DNA of 63,982 nt, the filler included, from Candidatus Hydrogenedentota bacterium (GTDB taxonomy: Bacteria > JBFMHD01), in NCBI GenBank assembly GCA_040752395.1. It is 10 parts of 10 records of this genome, joined end to end, with 100 filler letters (N's around TTAATTAATTAA, not from the genome) between each part and the next. Parts side by side here need not be neighbours in the genome. Positions count along the whole stretch, not along the records: positions 51,366 to 56,340 come from JBFMHD010000206.1; positions 56,441 to 61,402 come from JBFMHD010000207.1; positions 61,503 to 63,982 come from JBFMHD010000302.1; 7 more parts are not named here. One strand, written 5' to 3'. A program made the position numbers and the translations under genes. Shown piece by piece: positions 52,362 to 61,605 of this stretch (position 1 is the stretch's first letter; the number at the start of each line of letters is the position of its first letter). Under the pieces are notes generated by a model, which saw only the letters and a list, made by a program, of their open reading frames with translations, searched no databases and was not told where the DNA came from.

Positions 52362-53494
52362 TTAAAAAATTTCATTACCCTGTTCCAGAAATCAGTGATA
52401 TTATTATAATTTTTTTTATTATCAGAGATTCGTTTAAATTCAGTTAATAATCTTTTCTGTTCATCGGATAATTTATTCGGGACTTCTATCTGAACCTCAA
52501 CGAGCTGGTCTCCGCTTGTGCCATAATCAAGTCTCTGGAATCCAAGTCCTCTTAATCTGAATATTTTACCATTCTGTGTGCCTGGCGGGATAACAAGTTT
52601 AGCTTTCCCTTTCATTGTTGGTACGTCTATCTCAGAGCCGAGTGTAAGCTCTGGAAAAGTCACAGGAACGACTACATAGATATCATCTTCATTACGTTTA
52701 AATATCTCATGCTCTAAAACGTGAATCACAATAAGTAAATCACCTGCTGATCCACCATTTATACCTGCTTCTCCCTCATTTCTTAATCTTAAAACAGAGC
52801 CTGTATCTACTCCTTTAGGTACCTTTACCTGAAGAACTTTGCTCTTTTTTTCTCTGCCTGAGCCATAACATATTTTACAGGGTCTCTCAAGTATCTCACC
52901 GTGACCATGACATTTAGGACAGGTCGTGCCTATGGAGAAAAACCCTCTGCTCATATATACCGTACCCTGTCCCCTACATTCAGGACATTGTTTTCTTCCA
53001 TAACCGGATTCAGAACCCGTTCCCTTACAGGAAGAACAGGTTTCAAGTCTTGGAACTCTAATACTTTTTTCAGTACCTTTATAAGCATCTTCAAAACTTA
53101 TTTCAATATCATATCTTAAATCAGACCCGCGTTGGCTACGTGTTCTCCTTGTGGTACCGGTTCTTGTCCTGCCAAATCCAAATAGCTCATCGAATATAGA
53201 GCCAAAAAAACTCTCACCGAATATATCGCTAAACTCACTAAAGATACTTGGGTCAAACCCTGTGAACCCGCCTTCAAAAGCCGCAGAACCAAATTTGTCA
53301 TACCTTGCCCGTTTTTCGTCATCAGCAAGAACAGCATAAGCCTCGCTTATCTCTTTAAATTTTTCTTCAGCCTCTTTATTACCTGGATTTTTGTCCGGGT
53401 GATATTTCATTGCGAGTTTTCTATATGCTTTCTTAATCTCGTCTTTAGGTGCATCTTTAGCTACACCTAAAATTTGATAATAATCTTTAGCCAC
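52358..53494 (-). CDS. dnaJ: Chaperone DnaJ
   Basis: J domain with HPD, G/F region, four CxxCxGxG repeats. Confidence 0.97.
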   Translation of the reverse strand: MAKDYYQILGVAKDAPKDEIKKAYRKLAMKYHPDKNPGNKEAEEKFKEISEAYAVLADDEKRARYDKFGSAAFEGGFTGFDPSIFSEFSDIFGESFFGSIFDELFGFGRTRTGTTRRTRSQRGSDLRYDIEISFEDAYKGTEKSIRVPRLETCSSCKGTGSESGYGRKQCPECRGQGTVYMSRGFFSIGTTCPKCHGHGEILERPCKICYGSGREKKSKVLQVKVPKGVDTGSVLRLRNEGEAGINGGSAGDLLIVIHVLEHEIFKRNEDDIYVVVPVTFPELTLGSEIDVPTMKGKAKLVIPPGTQNGKIFRLRGLGFQRLDYGTSGDQLVEVQIEVPNKLSDEQKRLLTEFKRISDNKKNYNNITDFWNRVMKFFK

Positions 53495-54062
53495 ATTCTT
53501 TTTCCTCGTTATTACTTTTCACATCTTCTATCCTGGCTCTTTGTTTTCTATTAATAATCACGCGTGCAGGTCTTATAACCCTGCTTTTGTACAGATACCC
53601 CTGTAAAAGAACCTTTAAACATATATTATCCTCTTTTGTTTCGTCGGTCTCAAAACCTAAAGCTTCATGAAATAGCGGGTCATACTCTTTATCAAGCGGA
53701 TTAATAATCTCAAGTCCTCTCTCTGTAAATACTTTTATAAGTTCATCAAAAATCAATAACAATCCTTTGATACCATTATCTTTTATGCCTTCGAGATTTA
53801 ATTTTGCAGTATTTACGCTGTCAAATATAGGTATCAAGGCTTTGACCAACGATGTTTCGATGTATTTTTCTTTTTCACTAAATTCTCTATCAAGTCTTTT
53901 TGTATAGTTCTGGAATTCAGCCTGTAATCTTATGTGCAGTTCTTTAAGCTCGTTATTCTCGTTCTGCATCTCTTCGATCAGCTTTTTCATATTCTCTAAT
54001 TCTTGTTTTAATTTCTCTTCCTCTGAAACCTCTTCTTTTATTTCTTCTTTTTCTTCTTTCAT
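53487..54062 (-). CDS. grpE: Nucleotide exchange factor GrpE
   Basis: [21 protein letters not shown]....RVIRPARV. Confidence 0.95.
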   Translation of the reverse strand: MKEEKEEIKEEVSEEEKLKQELENMKKLIEEMQNENNELKELHIRLQAEFQNYTKRLDREFSEKEKYIETSLVKALIPIFDSVNTAKLNLEGIKDNGIKGLLLIFDELIKVFTERGLEIINPLDKEYDPLFHEALGFETDETKEDNICLKVLLQGYLYKSRVIRPARVIINRKQRARIEDVKSNNEEKECG

Positions 54063-54138
54063 AATAAAACCACCTTTCCCAATTTTATAATATACTTATT
54101 TTTAAATCAAGATTTTCTAGTATTCGGGATTACATTTT

Positions 54139-55620
54139 CTATAATCTTAAGATATGCTTTAATAAATTTAGGTCATCCTTTCTAAATAAATTAAGTAACA
54201 TACCACCAAAAATAAGTAAAAATAAATATATTAAACCAATATAAATTATACTTATAGAGTTTTTTAAAAACAGAAAAATAAAAAAAAGAATAGAATTTAT
54301 AATAATAACTTTTAAAAAAACAGCTATCTCAAGAGTGATAAACTTGACTTTTTTAATGTAACTAAAAAATATCCCTGCATTGGCGATTAATTGAGATGTA
54401 GAGTATGCTATCGCGCAACCGGTATATGAGAAAAGCGGGATTAAAATAACATCTAAACCGATGTTGATTATAACAAGTAAAATGCACCAGCGTGCAATTA
54501 TATAATGTTCAGCTCTGCCAAACATAATCGTTGTTAAAGGTATCATCAAAGCATAAGGGATTAAGCCATACATAAAAGCACTAACACAGGTGGCAGATCT
54601 CAAGGCGAGTTCAAACCCTACCCATAACCTTAATATATTAACAGGATATATCATTATAAAAAGTAATACCGGTATCATAATAACACCAATAAATCTCGAA
54701 CCACTCTTTAGAAATCTTATTATAACATCGATTGAATTTTCTTTGTTCCAGCGTGATATCGCAGGTACGACAGCCGATGTAATACTCTTTAATATTGCAT
54801 ACGCTATCTGGATAGCTTTTCTACCAATTTCATAATAAGTTATATAAGCAAGATTTCCCGTAAAAAATTGAAGTAATATTTTATCAGTATAATCAGTTAT
54901 TATAGTAGATAAATTTATAACGAAAGAATTCAATCCATAAGTGTAAAGTTTTTTTATTAAGTTTATATCCACTTTATAAAAACCAAATTTGAATGCCGGT
55001 ATAATTTTTTTTATGGTTCTATAAGCAAGAAGTTTAAAACCAGCGGTTACAAGAATATACATCACCATTATTTCAATAAGCCCGAAACCAGAAAGAACCA
55101 TTCCCGCACATAACATAGTCTTAACCATTTCAGAAACAGCAGAAATCTTGAAAGCTTGACCCAATCTTTCAAGCCCGACTAATGCACCATCAAGCGGACT
55201 TAATACTATCTGTATAAAAAAAAGCAGTATCCCAAATCTCAATAATATCACTGATTGAGATATATATTCACTTTTTATATTAAGAAGATTAACAATCTCA
55301 TTTGAGAAAAGAACAAGGAAAAAACAAAAAGGTAAAATAATAAAAAACAGAACGATTATTGTTTGAGATACCATTTCTGAAATCTTTTGCGGAAATTCAG
55401 CTATATATTTTACAACAGCGCTATTAATACCGAACTCCAGCAAAGGTAGGTATCCAATAATACTGAATATTAAAGCCCATAATCCGAATTTTTCGTGGCC
55501 CATTGCTAAGACTATAACAGGGAAAAAGACAAAGCTAATGATTCTTGTTGAGAACTGAGCTATTGTATTATAAATAATATTTTTAAATACTGGAAATCTA
55601 TGTTCACTCGAACCCATCAC
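54139..55620 (-). CDS. Wzx-like oligosaccharide flippase
   Basis: KNIIYN, FGLWAL, many TM helices, TDKILL; start uncertain. Confidence 0.8.
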   Translation of the reverse strand: MMGSSEHRFPVFKNIIYNTIAQFSTRIISFVFFPVIVLAMGHEKFGLWALIFSIIGYLPLLEFGINSAVVKYIAEFPQKISEMVSQTIIVLFFIILPFCFFLVLFSNEIVNLLNIKSEYISQSVILLRFGILLFFIQIVLSPLDGALVGLERLGQAFKISAVSEMVKTMLCAGMVLSGFGLIEIMVMYILVTAGFKLLAYRTIKKIIPAFKFGFYKVDINLIKKLYTYGLNSFVINLSTIITDYTDKILLQFFTGNLAYITYYEIGRKAIQIAYAILKSITSAVVPAISRWNKENSIDVIIRFLKSGSRFIGVIMIPVLLFIMIYPVNILRLWVGFELALRSATCVSAFMYGLIPYALMIPLTTIMFGRAEHYIIARWCILLVIINIGLDVILIPLFSYTGCAIAYSTSQLIANAGIFFSYIKKVKFITLEIAVFLKVIIINSILFFIFLFLKNSISIIYIGLIYLFLLIFGGMLLNLFRKDDLNLLKHILRL

Positions 55621-55639
55621 GAGTTTTCCCTCGGCTCGC

Positions 55640-55830
55640 TCGGCGAAAAAATCCTGTTCAATTCCCTATTAGTTCCACTGGTAGCGCATAGGGGAATTGA
55701 CCTTCCGCTCATCTCGCTTCACGCTCGTCTCGCTCCAGGCACGGCATTTTGCTTCCGCTCACATCCTGTTCGCTCATCCTCGCTATCCGCTCGGCGCAAA
55801 ATGCCCGTTCAATTCCTAATCAGTTACAAA
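55640..55830 (-). repeat. tRNA-linked structured element downstream of tRNA-Glu (one full unit plus start of a second)
   Basis: 22-bp tRNA 3' end repeated at 55679-55700; antisense T-arm at 55807-55816 and 55656-55666; shared core. Confidence 0.88.
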
Positions 55831-55905
55831 TGGTAGCGCATAGGGGAATTGAACCCCTGTTTGCGGATTGAGAGCCCGCTGTCCTAACCGTTAGACGAAT
55901 GCGCC
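55831..55905 (-). tRNA. tRNA-Glu(CTC)
   Basis: GGCGCAT/ATGCGCT acceptor plus ACCA, anticodon loop CTCTCAA, T loop GGTTCAATTCC. Confidence 0.93.
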
Positions 55906-55911
55906 ACATAT

Positions 55912-56065
55912 TCTGGCTCCAGACTTCAGGTTCTTCAGGTTTCAGACTACAGACTACAGCCGGCTGGAGCCAAAAGCCCGGAGCCTGCTGAAAAGTCTTG
56001 AGTCCTGTTTTGACTCACGACTTGCGACTTGTGACTCACGACTCTTTTTATATCATCTCCTATGA
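55912..56065 (-). repeat. Modular repeat copy upstream of tRNA-Glu, no GGAG terminus
   Basis: Starts AGGAGATGATAT, GAGTC/GACTC hairpin, CAGCCGGCTG hairpin. Confidence 0.85.
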
Positions 56066-56579
56066 CAAGTTAAAAGTAAAGAAAGCGAAAATATACACTT
56101 CCTTGCCGTATCTTTCAATCTTTGTGCCTTTGCCTGCCTGCCGCGGCAAAGTGCGGCGCAGGCAGGTGCCTCTGTGCCTTTGAAAGTAAGAAGTAAGAAG
56201 TATCAGAAAATGCAGGATGCAAAAATAATCTTTGAACATCTGAACTCTTTTTATGGCCAGTTGAGGTAATCCGCGGATAGGATTTTTTTATATATTTCTA
56301 TTTTGTCTTTAATAAATGAGGTATCGATATTTAAATAATTNNNNNNNNNNNNNNNNNNNNNNNNNNNNNNNNNNNNNNNNNNNNTTAATTAATTAANNNN
56401 NNNNNNNNNNNNNNNNNNNNNNNNNNNNNNNNNNNNNNNNTTACGGTCTGTTTGTTTGTTTCGCACGCTATACGTGCTTTGTCAGGTGGCTTCAACTTTA
56501 CAGATTACTCCATAAGTTGCACCTCAAACTAAATCGTTTACAGACTTTTACGATTACTGACACCTTGCAGTCAGTTAGA

Positions 56580-56591
56580 TTTCAAAGAGCT
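56580..56591 (-). promoter_or_regulatory. boxA-like motif, possible rRNA operon leader
   Basis: GCTCTTTGAAA on the minus strand in a non-coding stretch running into a contig end. Confidence 0.3.
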
Positions 56592-56641
56592 TATCTTGGC
56601 ACGCTTCAATCTTTCAAAATTCTTCTTATCTTTTTCATACT

Positions 56642-56989
56642 TTAATCAGCCACTTGATGTTGTTCTATAAATTTTGTTATTTTATTTTTGTCTTCAGTTG
56701 CAACTTTTACAAATTGTACACCTATCCCATAAGGCAGAGAATCAATTCTTTTCCACCTAACTACACCGACTATCTTTAACTTATATCTATCTCCTGGCAA
56801 ATACAGATCGAATGTAACAAGTTCACCTACGGAGAATGGCACCATTGTCTCAATAAAAACGCCGCCTGCTGATATATTTTTTATTATTATTTCTTTGGTT
56901 ATCTGAGATTCCTGTGTGGTGGTTTTTTTTAGATTTGCAAGGAGGTGCGTCGGAATACGTTTAAATTTACGTTGATCTCTGCCATCCAT
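56642..56989 (-). CDS. PilZ domain protein
   Basis: QRKFKR and NISAGG motifs; GIGVQF. Confidence 0.9.
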   Translation of the reverse strand: MDGRDQRKFKRIPTHLLANLKKTTTQESQITKEIIIKNISAGGVFIETMVPFSVGELVTFDLYLPGDRYKLKIVGVVRWKRIDSLPYGIGVQFVKVATEDKNKITKFIEQHQVAD

Positions 56990-56995
56990 AAATTT

Positions 56996-57685
56996 TTATC
57001 TCACCCAGCTTTTAAGATTCTCCATATTTTTTATGTAAATATATCCCCTTTTATAATCGATCGCCTCATTCTTTTTAAAGTTTGAAATAAGTTTAGTAAC
57101 ACTTTCGCGTGCGGTACCAAGCATACCAGCGAGCTCATAATGGCTTATTTTCAAATTTATATAGTGTTCTCCATCTTTTTCAGCATAAAATTTTTTATAT
57201 AAAGAGATAAGTATAATAGCTAATCTACCTGCAAGGTCATAGAAAGTAAAACTTTTTATCTCTTCATTTGCTTCTCTTAGCCTTTTAGTTAGGGTCTTCA
57301 TTATTTTCAAAGCAATTTCAGAATCAGTTCTTACAAAGTCAAGAAAATTTTTACTTGTAAGCATAATGGCTTCACAATCTTCATACACGGTAGCGGTTGC
57401 TGATCTGTATTCTGTATCGAGTATAGCCATTTCTCCGAGAAAATCGCCCTCCTTTAAAATTCCTAAAATCTTAACCCGCCCCTTTTTATCGTTAATCGTT
57501 ATTTTTATTTTACCTTTAATTAAAAGATAAACTTCCTCACCATAAGAACCCTCTTCAAATATCTTATCACCCTTTTTAAAAGATACATTACTGCTTCTTT
57601 TTAGAATTTCTTTTAATTCTTTATCAGTCAATTCAGATAAAAATGGGATACTTTTTAAATATTTAATTTTTTCTAATATTGTCAT
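56996..57685 (-). CDS. Crp/Fnr family transcriptional regulator
   Basis: GDFLGEMA...RSATA cNMP site; ELAGMLGTARESVT HTH. Confidence 0.93.
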   Translation of the reverse strand: MTILEKIKYLKSIPFLSELTDKELKEILKRSSNVSFKKGDKIFEEGSYGEEVYLLIKGKIKITINDKKGRVKILGILKEGDFLGEMAILDTEYRSATATVYEDCEAIMLTSKNFLDFVRTDSEIALKIMKTLTKRLREANEEIKSFTFYDLAGRLAIILISLYKKFYAEKDGEHYINLKISHYELAGMLGTARESVTKLISNFKKNEAIDYKRGYIYIKNMENLKSWVR

Positions 57686-57814
57686 AAGTTTAACTCCAGA
57701 TACATCACTCTATGACTAAAATATAAAGGTATTTATCTTAAAAGGTCAAGAAAAAAGATTTGACAAAGTCGGGTTATTAAATTATTGGGGTTTTAATTCA
57801 TTTGAATTTTTTAT

Positions 57815-57888
57815 GCGCCTGTGGCTCAGTTGGATAGAGCAACGGATTTCTAATCCGTAGGTCGGGGGTTCGAATCCCTCCAGGCGCG
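57815..57888 (+). tRNA. tRNA-Arg(TCT)
   Basis: GCGCCTG/CAGGCGC acceptor, ACGGA-TTTCTAA-TCCGT anticodon arm, GGTTCGAATCC. Confidence 0.95.
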
Positions 57889-58042
57889 CATTGATAACAA
57901 CGTCAGGGATTCGAACAGACATTTTGCGCAAAAGCGGATAGCGAGGATGAGCGAACAGGAAGTGAGCGGAAGCAAAATGTCGTGCCTGAAGCGAAACGAG
58001 CGTGATGCGAGTTGATCGGAAGTTCGAATCCCTCCAGGCGCG
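57889..58042 (+). repeat. tRNA-linked structured element downstream of tRNA-Arg
   Basis: 21-bp tRNA 3' end repeated at 58022-58042; antisense T-arm AGGGATTCGAAC at 57905-57916; shared core. Confidence 0.9.
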
Positions 58043-58045
58043 TAC

Positions 58046-58147
58046 AAGTTAAAGAGTTCAGGTGTTCAGGAGTTCAAGAGTTAGAGTATTTAAAGATTCG
58101 TAACTCTTCAACTCCTGAACTCATCAACTCTTGAACTCTTCAAACTT
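58046..58147. repeat. Inverted octamer array (long imperfect hairpin)
   Basis: (GAGTTCAR)n followed by (YTGAACTC)n. Confidence 0.8.
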
Positions 58148-58153
58148 TTTTAT

Positions 58154-58228
58154 GGTGGATGTAGCTCAATCGGCTAGAGTACTGGACTGTGGCTCCAGTC
58201 GCTGCGGGTTCAAATCCCGTCATCCACC
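58154..58228 (+). tRNA. tRNA-His(GTG)
   Basis: G-1 plus GTGGATG/CATCCAC acceptor with C discriminator; CTGGA-CTGTGGC-TCCAG anticodon arm. Confidence 0.95.
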
Positions 58229-58234
58229 CTGATC

Positions 58235-59257
58235 TTATATCACCTTACTCACCCTCTGCCATTCTGCGATTCTTCTTTTTAAATGTAAATTATAATTTTC
58301 AAGTATACCCATCTTTTGGGCTGTCTCTATTAAGGATATTTTATTTATATCTTTATCCCTGTTGCTCCATCTTAATTCAAATAGCATCCTATCAAGATTA
58401 CGCTTCTTTTCCCGTATGCTCTCTATTCTCCCGTAACAAAATTTATCAAGAAACGCCCTCATAATAAGATTTTCTCTCTCGAGATAAGGCAAAATCTCTT
58501 CCAGCTCAATTATATCACTCTCTATCTTTTGTATATTTGCGCCTTCGTAACTCACAAGTCGTTTACTAAGCTCAACTATTTTTGAAGCAATTATTTTTAA
58601 ATATTCCATACCTTCAACTATAGATACAAAATCAACACTGTACTCAGGCATATAAGTACGCAAATCCAGAGGTTTATAACTAGGGAACCTTTTCTTCATA
58701 GATCTGTCAAATTCTTTATATATTCTCTGTTCTCTTGCGAATTGATACAGAACTTGATAATTATGCTCCATATTGTCTTTTCCCATTTTATCGAGGATTA
58801 CTCTTTTAGCCGTATCTTTATATTCAGCGAGTTTTCCAAAATTACCACCAAATTTAGGAGACTCAACTGTTATCAATTCATATAAAAATATCTTTATAAA
58901 TTCTTCTAATATCCATTCCTCATATTTAAGAACTCTATTATACGTTACTTCAAGTCTTGAAAACAAAATATTTACTAAATCCTGTAAGAAGCCGGGTGAT
59001 GATGAGATAATATTTTCAATTGGAGCCGGTACAACGAGCATTCTTGAAGTTCTTGCAACCTTAACAGTGGCTGTGCGTGGCATATTAAGTATTAGACCTA
59101 ACTCACCTACAAAAGTATCAAGTTCTTCTAATTCTGCTATTAACTGTTCGTTCTTATATACTTTCAATCTGCCTTCTTTTAAAATGTATGCGCAATCTGA
59201 TTCTTCACCTTCCATAAATAAAGTAGTGTTTTCTTCAAAAATTCTTTCTTGTAACAT
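58235..59257 (-). CDS. Cyclic-nucleotide-binding domain protein with unknown helical C-terminus
   Basis: LFMEGE, FVGELGL...PRTATV. Confidence 0.8.
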   Translation of the reverse strand: MLQERIFEENTTLFMEGEESDCAYILKEGRLKVYKNEQLIAELEELDTFVGELGLILNMPRTATVKVARTSRMLVVPAPIENIISSSPGFLQDLVNILFSRLEVTYNRVLKYEEWILEEFIKIFLYELITVESPKFGGNFGKLAEYKDTAKRVILDKMGKDNMEHNYQVLYQFAREQRIYKEFDRSMKKRFPSYKPLDLRTYMPEYSVDFVSIVEGMEYLKIIASKIVELSKRLVSYEGANIQKIESDIIELEEILPYLERENLIMRAFLDKFCYGRIESIREKKRNLDRMLFELRWSNRDKDINKISLIETAQKMGILENYNLHLKRRIAEWQRVSKVI

Positions 59258-59277
59258 AAAGTTATCCTTATAAAAAA

Positions 59278-59436
59278 CTCCTTCGAAAAACGCTGTAACT
59301 CTAATAATTCGGGGTACAGGCTACGGGCTACGGACTACAGCCGGCTGAAGCCCGAAGCCCGGAGCCTGAAGCCAACATATCATCTTTAGTTTTTTATACC
59401 TTGTGTAGAGCGCAAACCGCGCTCATGACTACTCCT
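59278..59436 (-). repeat. 154-bp unit of the RBS-ending repeat
   Basis: AGGAGT direct repeats at 59431-59436 and 59277-59282; near-identical to 45336-45494. Confidence 0.92.
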
Positions 59437-61297
59437 CCGAGTGCTCAAATATTCTATCCAATAAAGACGATTGAAAAGGTACGAATTCAACCATATCCTT
59501 ACCTCCTTTGAAAGTCACGTATTGATATTCCTGCTTTGATACAATGAAGGGTAACTTATTGATTTCCATATGTGCCCCTATATGTATTTTATCCATCGCA
59601 CTTATGCTTGCATCTTTTTCTTTGCCGATTTTCTCTTTAGATTGATATATTAAATTATGTAAATCTTTTTCTCTTTTTTTCAGTTCAATAAGCGATTTAT
59701 TAATTTCATCATATTCACGTTCAAACGTTTTATCCCATCGACTACTATTTTTTAGTTTCTCAAGTCTTGATAATCCTTCTTCCAATTTTTTAATCAAATC
59801 TATTGTTTCAATAAACTTTAATTGATAATTCTGAAGTTCATCAAAAAAAGATGGGTCTATACCTACAGCGATCTTTGTATGTGGTGAACCGGCTGCACCT
59901 ATCTCTTTTGAAATAACATGTTTCGCAGCGCGTATTACACCACCAATAATCTGACCCCGTTTCCCTGGTAGAACAACACTATATCCACTATCAATATGCG
60001 AATGAAAACACAACTCTGTTATAACAATATTCCTCTTAGCTGTAAGAATTGCCTGTTCAACAAATTTTGCAAAAATATCTCTCTCTGCTTGAACCACACC
60101 TTTTTCTTTACCTATTATACCGCCTATCACTTTCACATCTTGTCCTGCTTTCACAAAAGAGTTCCCTATATTTTTCTTTACTATTACATCACCTTTTGCT
60201 GTGACTCTAAAATTATCTTCTATATTTCCATTAACGATAACCGTACCTATAAAATCTATGTTACCCGTAGAATAATTCACATCCCCTTTTATGGTTAACA
60301 ATTCTTCAATTTCTATCTTTCCATTTTTAATAATCGGTTGGCCATCTTTATCTGCAATAAATTTATTAGTATTTTTATCAAAGACAATGCCATCGCCATG
60401 CTTTATTGGTATCTCTATCCCGTCTTTTGCAGGGAGCATTCGGCCATCAATTTTTTTCCCCGGGATACCTTTTTGTGCACTTATTTTTTCTGCAACAGGG
60501 TCTCCTTTTTTCACCACCTCGATAAGATTCATTTCCCGTAAATCGATTCTCCCAAATTTGTCCTGTCTAAATTTAGGTAATGTTTTATCGGACTCAAACC
60601 TTAACTCGATTTTTGCATTCACACCATTAATCGGCAGCGTTCCCTCTGCAATAAGTGTTCTTGTATTATAAACCTTCTCTTTTAATAAATCATCTATAAC
60701 ATCTTCTTTTATACCAAAAATTACACCTTCTCTGTGTAAAGTATTTATTATATCAACTTTTGTTAAATCTTTGCCAGCGCCCTCAGGCGGGATGACTGTT
60801 ATATAAGCCTGCATATGATCAGCTGATAACTCTATTTTAGCATAAGAATCAGCATCAGGTATAATCTTTCTTTTCCCCACCAGAACAGGTCTTTCAAGAT
60901 TAAATAATACAGCTTTTGATACCGCATCATTATCGACCTCTTCTACTTCTATCCCTTTCAGATAATGCAATATCGCCTGAGCATTTACTTCTTTGCCCAT
61001 GCCTTTTGCAGGATATACTGTCGCATAAATATTAACGCCTTCAAATTTTATATCAAAATATCCATCAAGATTCCTTGCTGTCTCTAAAGCTTTTGACACC
61101 CCTCGTAAATCATGAAGTTCTATCTCTTTCTCATATACAAGGATCTTCCAGCTCTTTTTAAAAAAGCCGAGAAACCCGTTTCTCCCACGTTCTATTATTT
61201 TATAATCAAGATATCTTGAGGCTATACCAAATTTTTCAGCCCCTTTTTTTAATGCCTCTTTTATGCTCTCTGCTTCAATTACTATTTCGCTACCCAA
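59429..61297 (-). CDS. FapA/DUF342 family protein with N-terminal Jag-like domain
   Basis: IEAESIKEAL...GFLG (Jag_N-like); GDVNYSTGNIDFIGTV, IIGG repeats. Confidence 0.85.
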   Translation of the reverse strand: MGSEIVIEAESIKEALKKGAEKFGIASRYLDYKIIERGRNGFLGFFKKSWKILVYEKEIELHDLRGVSKALETARNLDGYFDIKFEGVNIYATVYPAKGMGKEVNAQAILHYLKGIEVEEVDNDAVSKAVLFNLERPVLVGKRKIIPDADSYAKIELSADHMQAYITVIPPEGAGKDLTKVDIINTLHREGVIFGIKEDVIDDLLKEKVYNTRTLIAEGTLPINGVNAKIELRFESDKTLPKFRQDKFGRIDLREMNLIEVVKKGDPVAEKISAQKGIPGKKIDGRMLPAKDGIEIPIKHGDGIVFDKNTNKFIADKDGQPIIKNGKIEIEELLTIKGDVNYSTGNIDFIGTVIVNGNIEDNFRVTAKGDVIVKKNIGNSFVKAGQDVKVIGGIIGKEKGVVQAERDIFAKFVEQAILTAKRNIVITELCFHSHIDSGYSVVLPGKRGQIIGGVIRAAKHVISKEIGAAGSPHTKIAVGIDPSFFDELQNYQLKFIETIDLIKKLEEGLSRLEKLKNSSRWDKTFEREYDEINKSLIELKKREKDLHNLIYQSKEKIGKEKDASISAMDKIHIGAHMEINKLPFIVSKQEYQYVTFKGGKDMVEFVPFQSSLLDRIFEHSEE

Positions 61298-61308
61298 TTG
61301 GATAAATC

Positions 61309-61402
61309 CTCCTCTGAAAAACGCTGTAACTCTAATAATTCGGGGTACAGGCTACAGGCTACGGACTACAGCCGGCTGGAGCCAAAAGCCAAAAGCCTGC
61401 TG
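61309..61402 (-). repeat. RBS-ending modular repeat cut by contig end
   Basis: Ends TTTTTCAGAGGAGG before the TTG start of the FapA gene. Confidence 0.9.
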
Positions 61403-61502
61403 NNNNNNNNNNNNNNNNNNNNNNNNNNNNNNNNNNNNNNNNNNNNTTAATTAATTAANNNNNNNNNNNNNNNNNNNNNNNNNNNNNNNNNNNNNNNNNN
61501 NN

Positions 61503-61598
61503 TATCTCACCTGTATTTACATCAATTACAAGTTTAGCATTTTTGTTATTCTCTTTTATTATTACTGCCCTATTTTTATCTCTTTTGATAATCTCCAT
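61503..61598 (-). CDS. Start of a hypothetical protein, truncated by contig end
   Basis: MEIIKRDKNRAVIIKENNKNAKLVIDVNTGEI preceded by AGGAG. Confidence 0.55.
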
Positions 61599-61605
61599 AG
61601 ATAGT

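Noticed and set aside
52358-54062. grpE-dnaJ without dnaK between them
   Set aside because: Split dnaK loci are common; dnaK may be elsewhere.
55679-58042. tRNA 3' duplications as prophage or island attL/attR
   Set aside because: Only about 130 bp lies between each pair and there is no integrase; kept as a mini-element finding.
20269-61502. TTAATTAATTAA motif recurring about every 5 kb
   Set aside because: Artificial contig linker flanked by N runs; the spacing reflects contigs of similar length.
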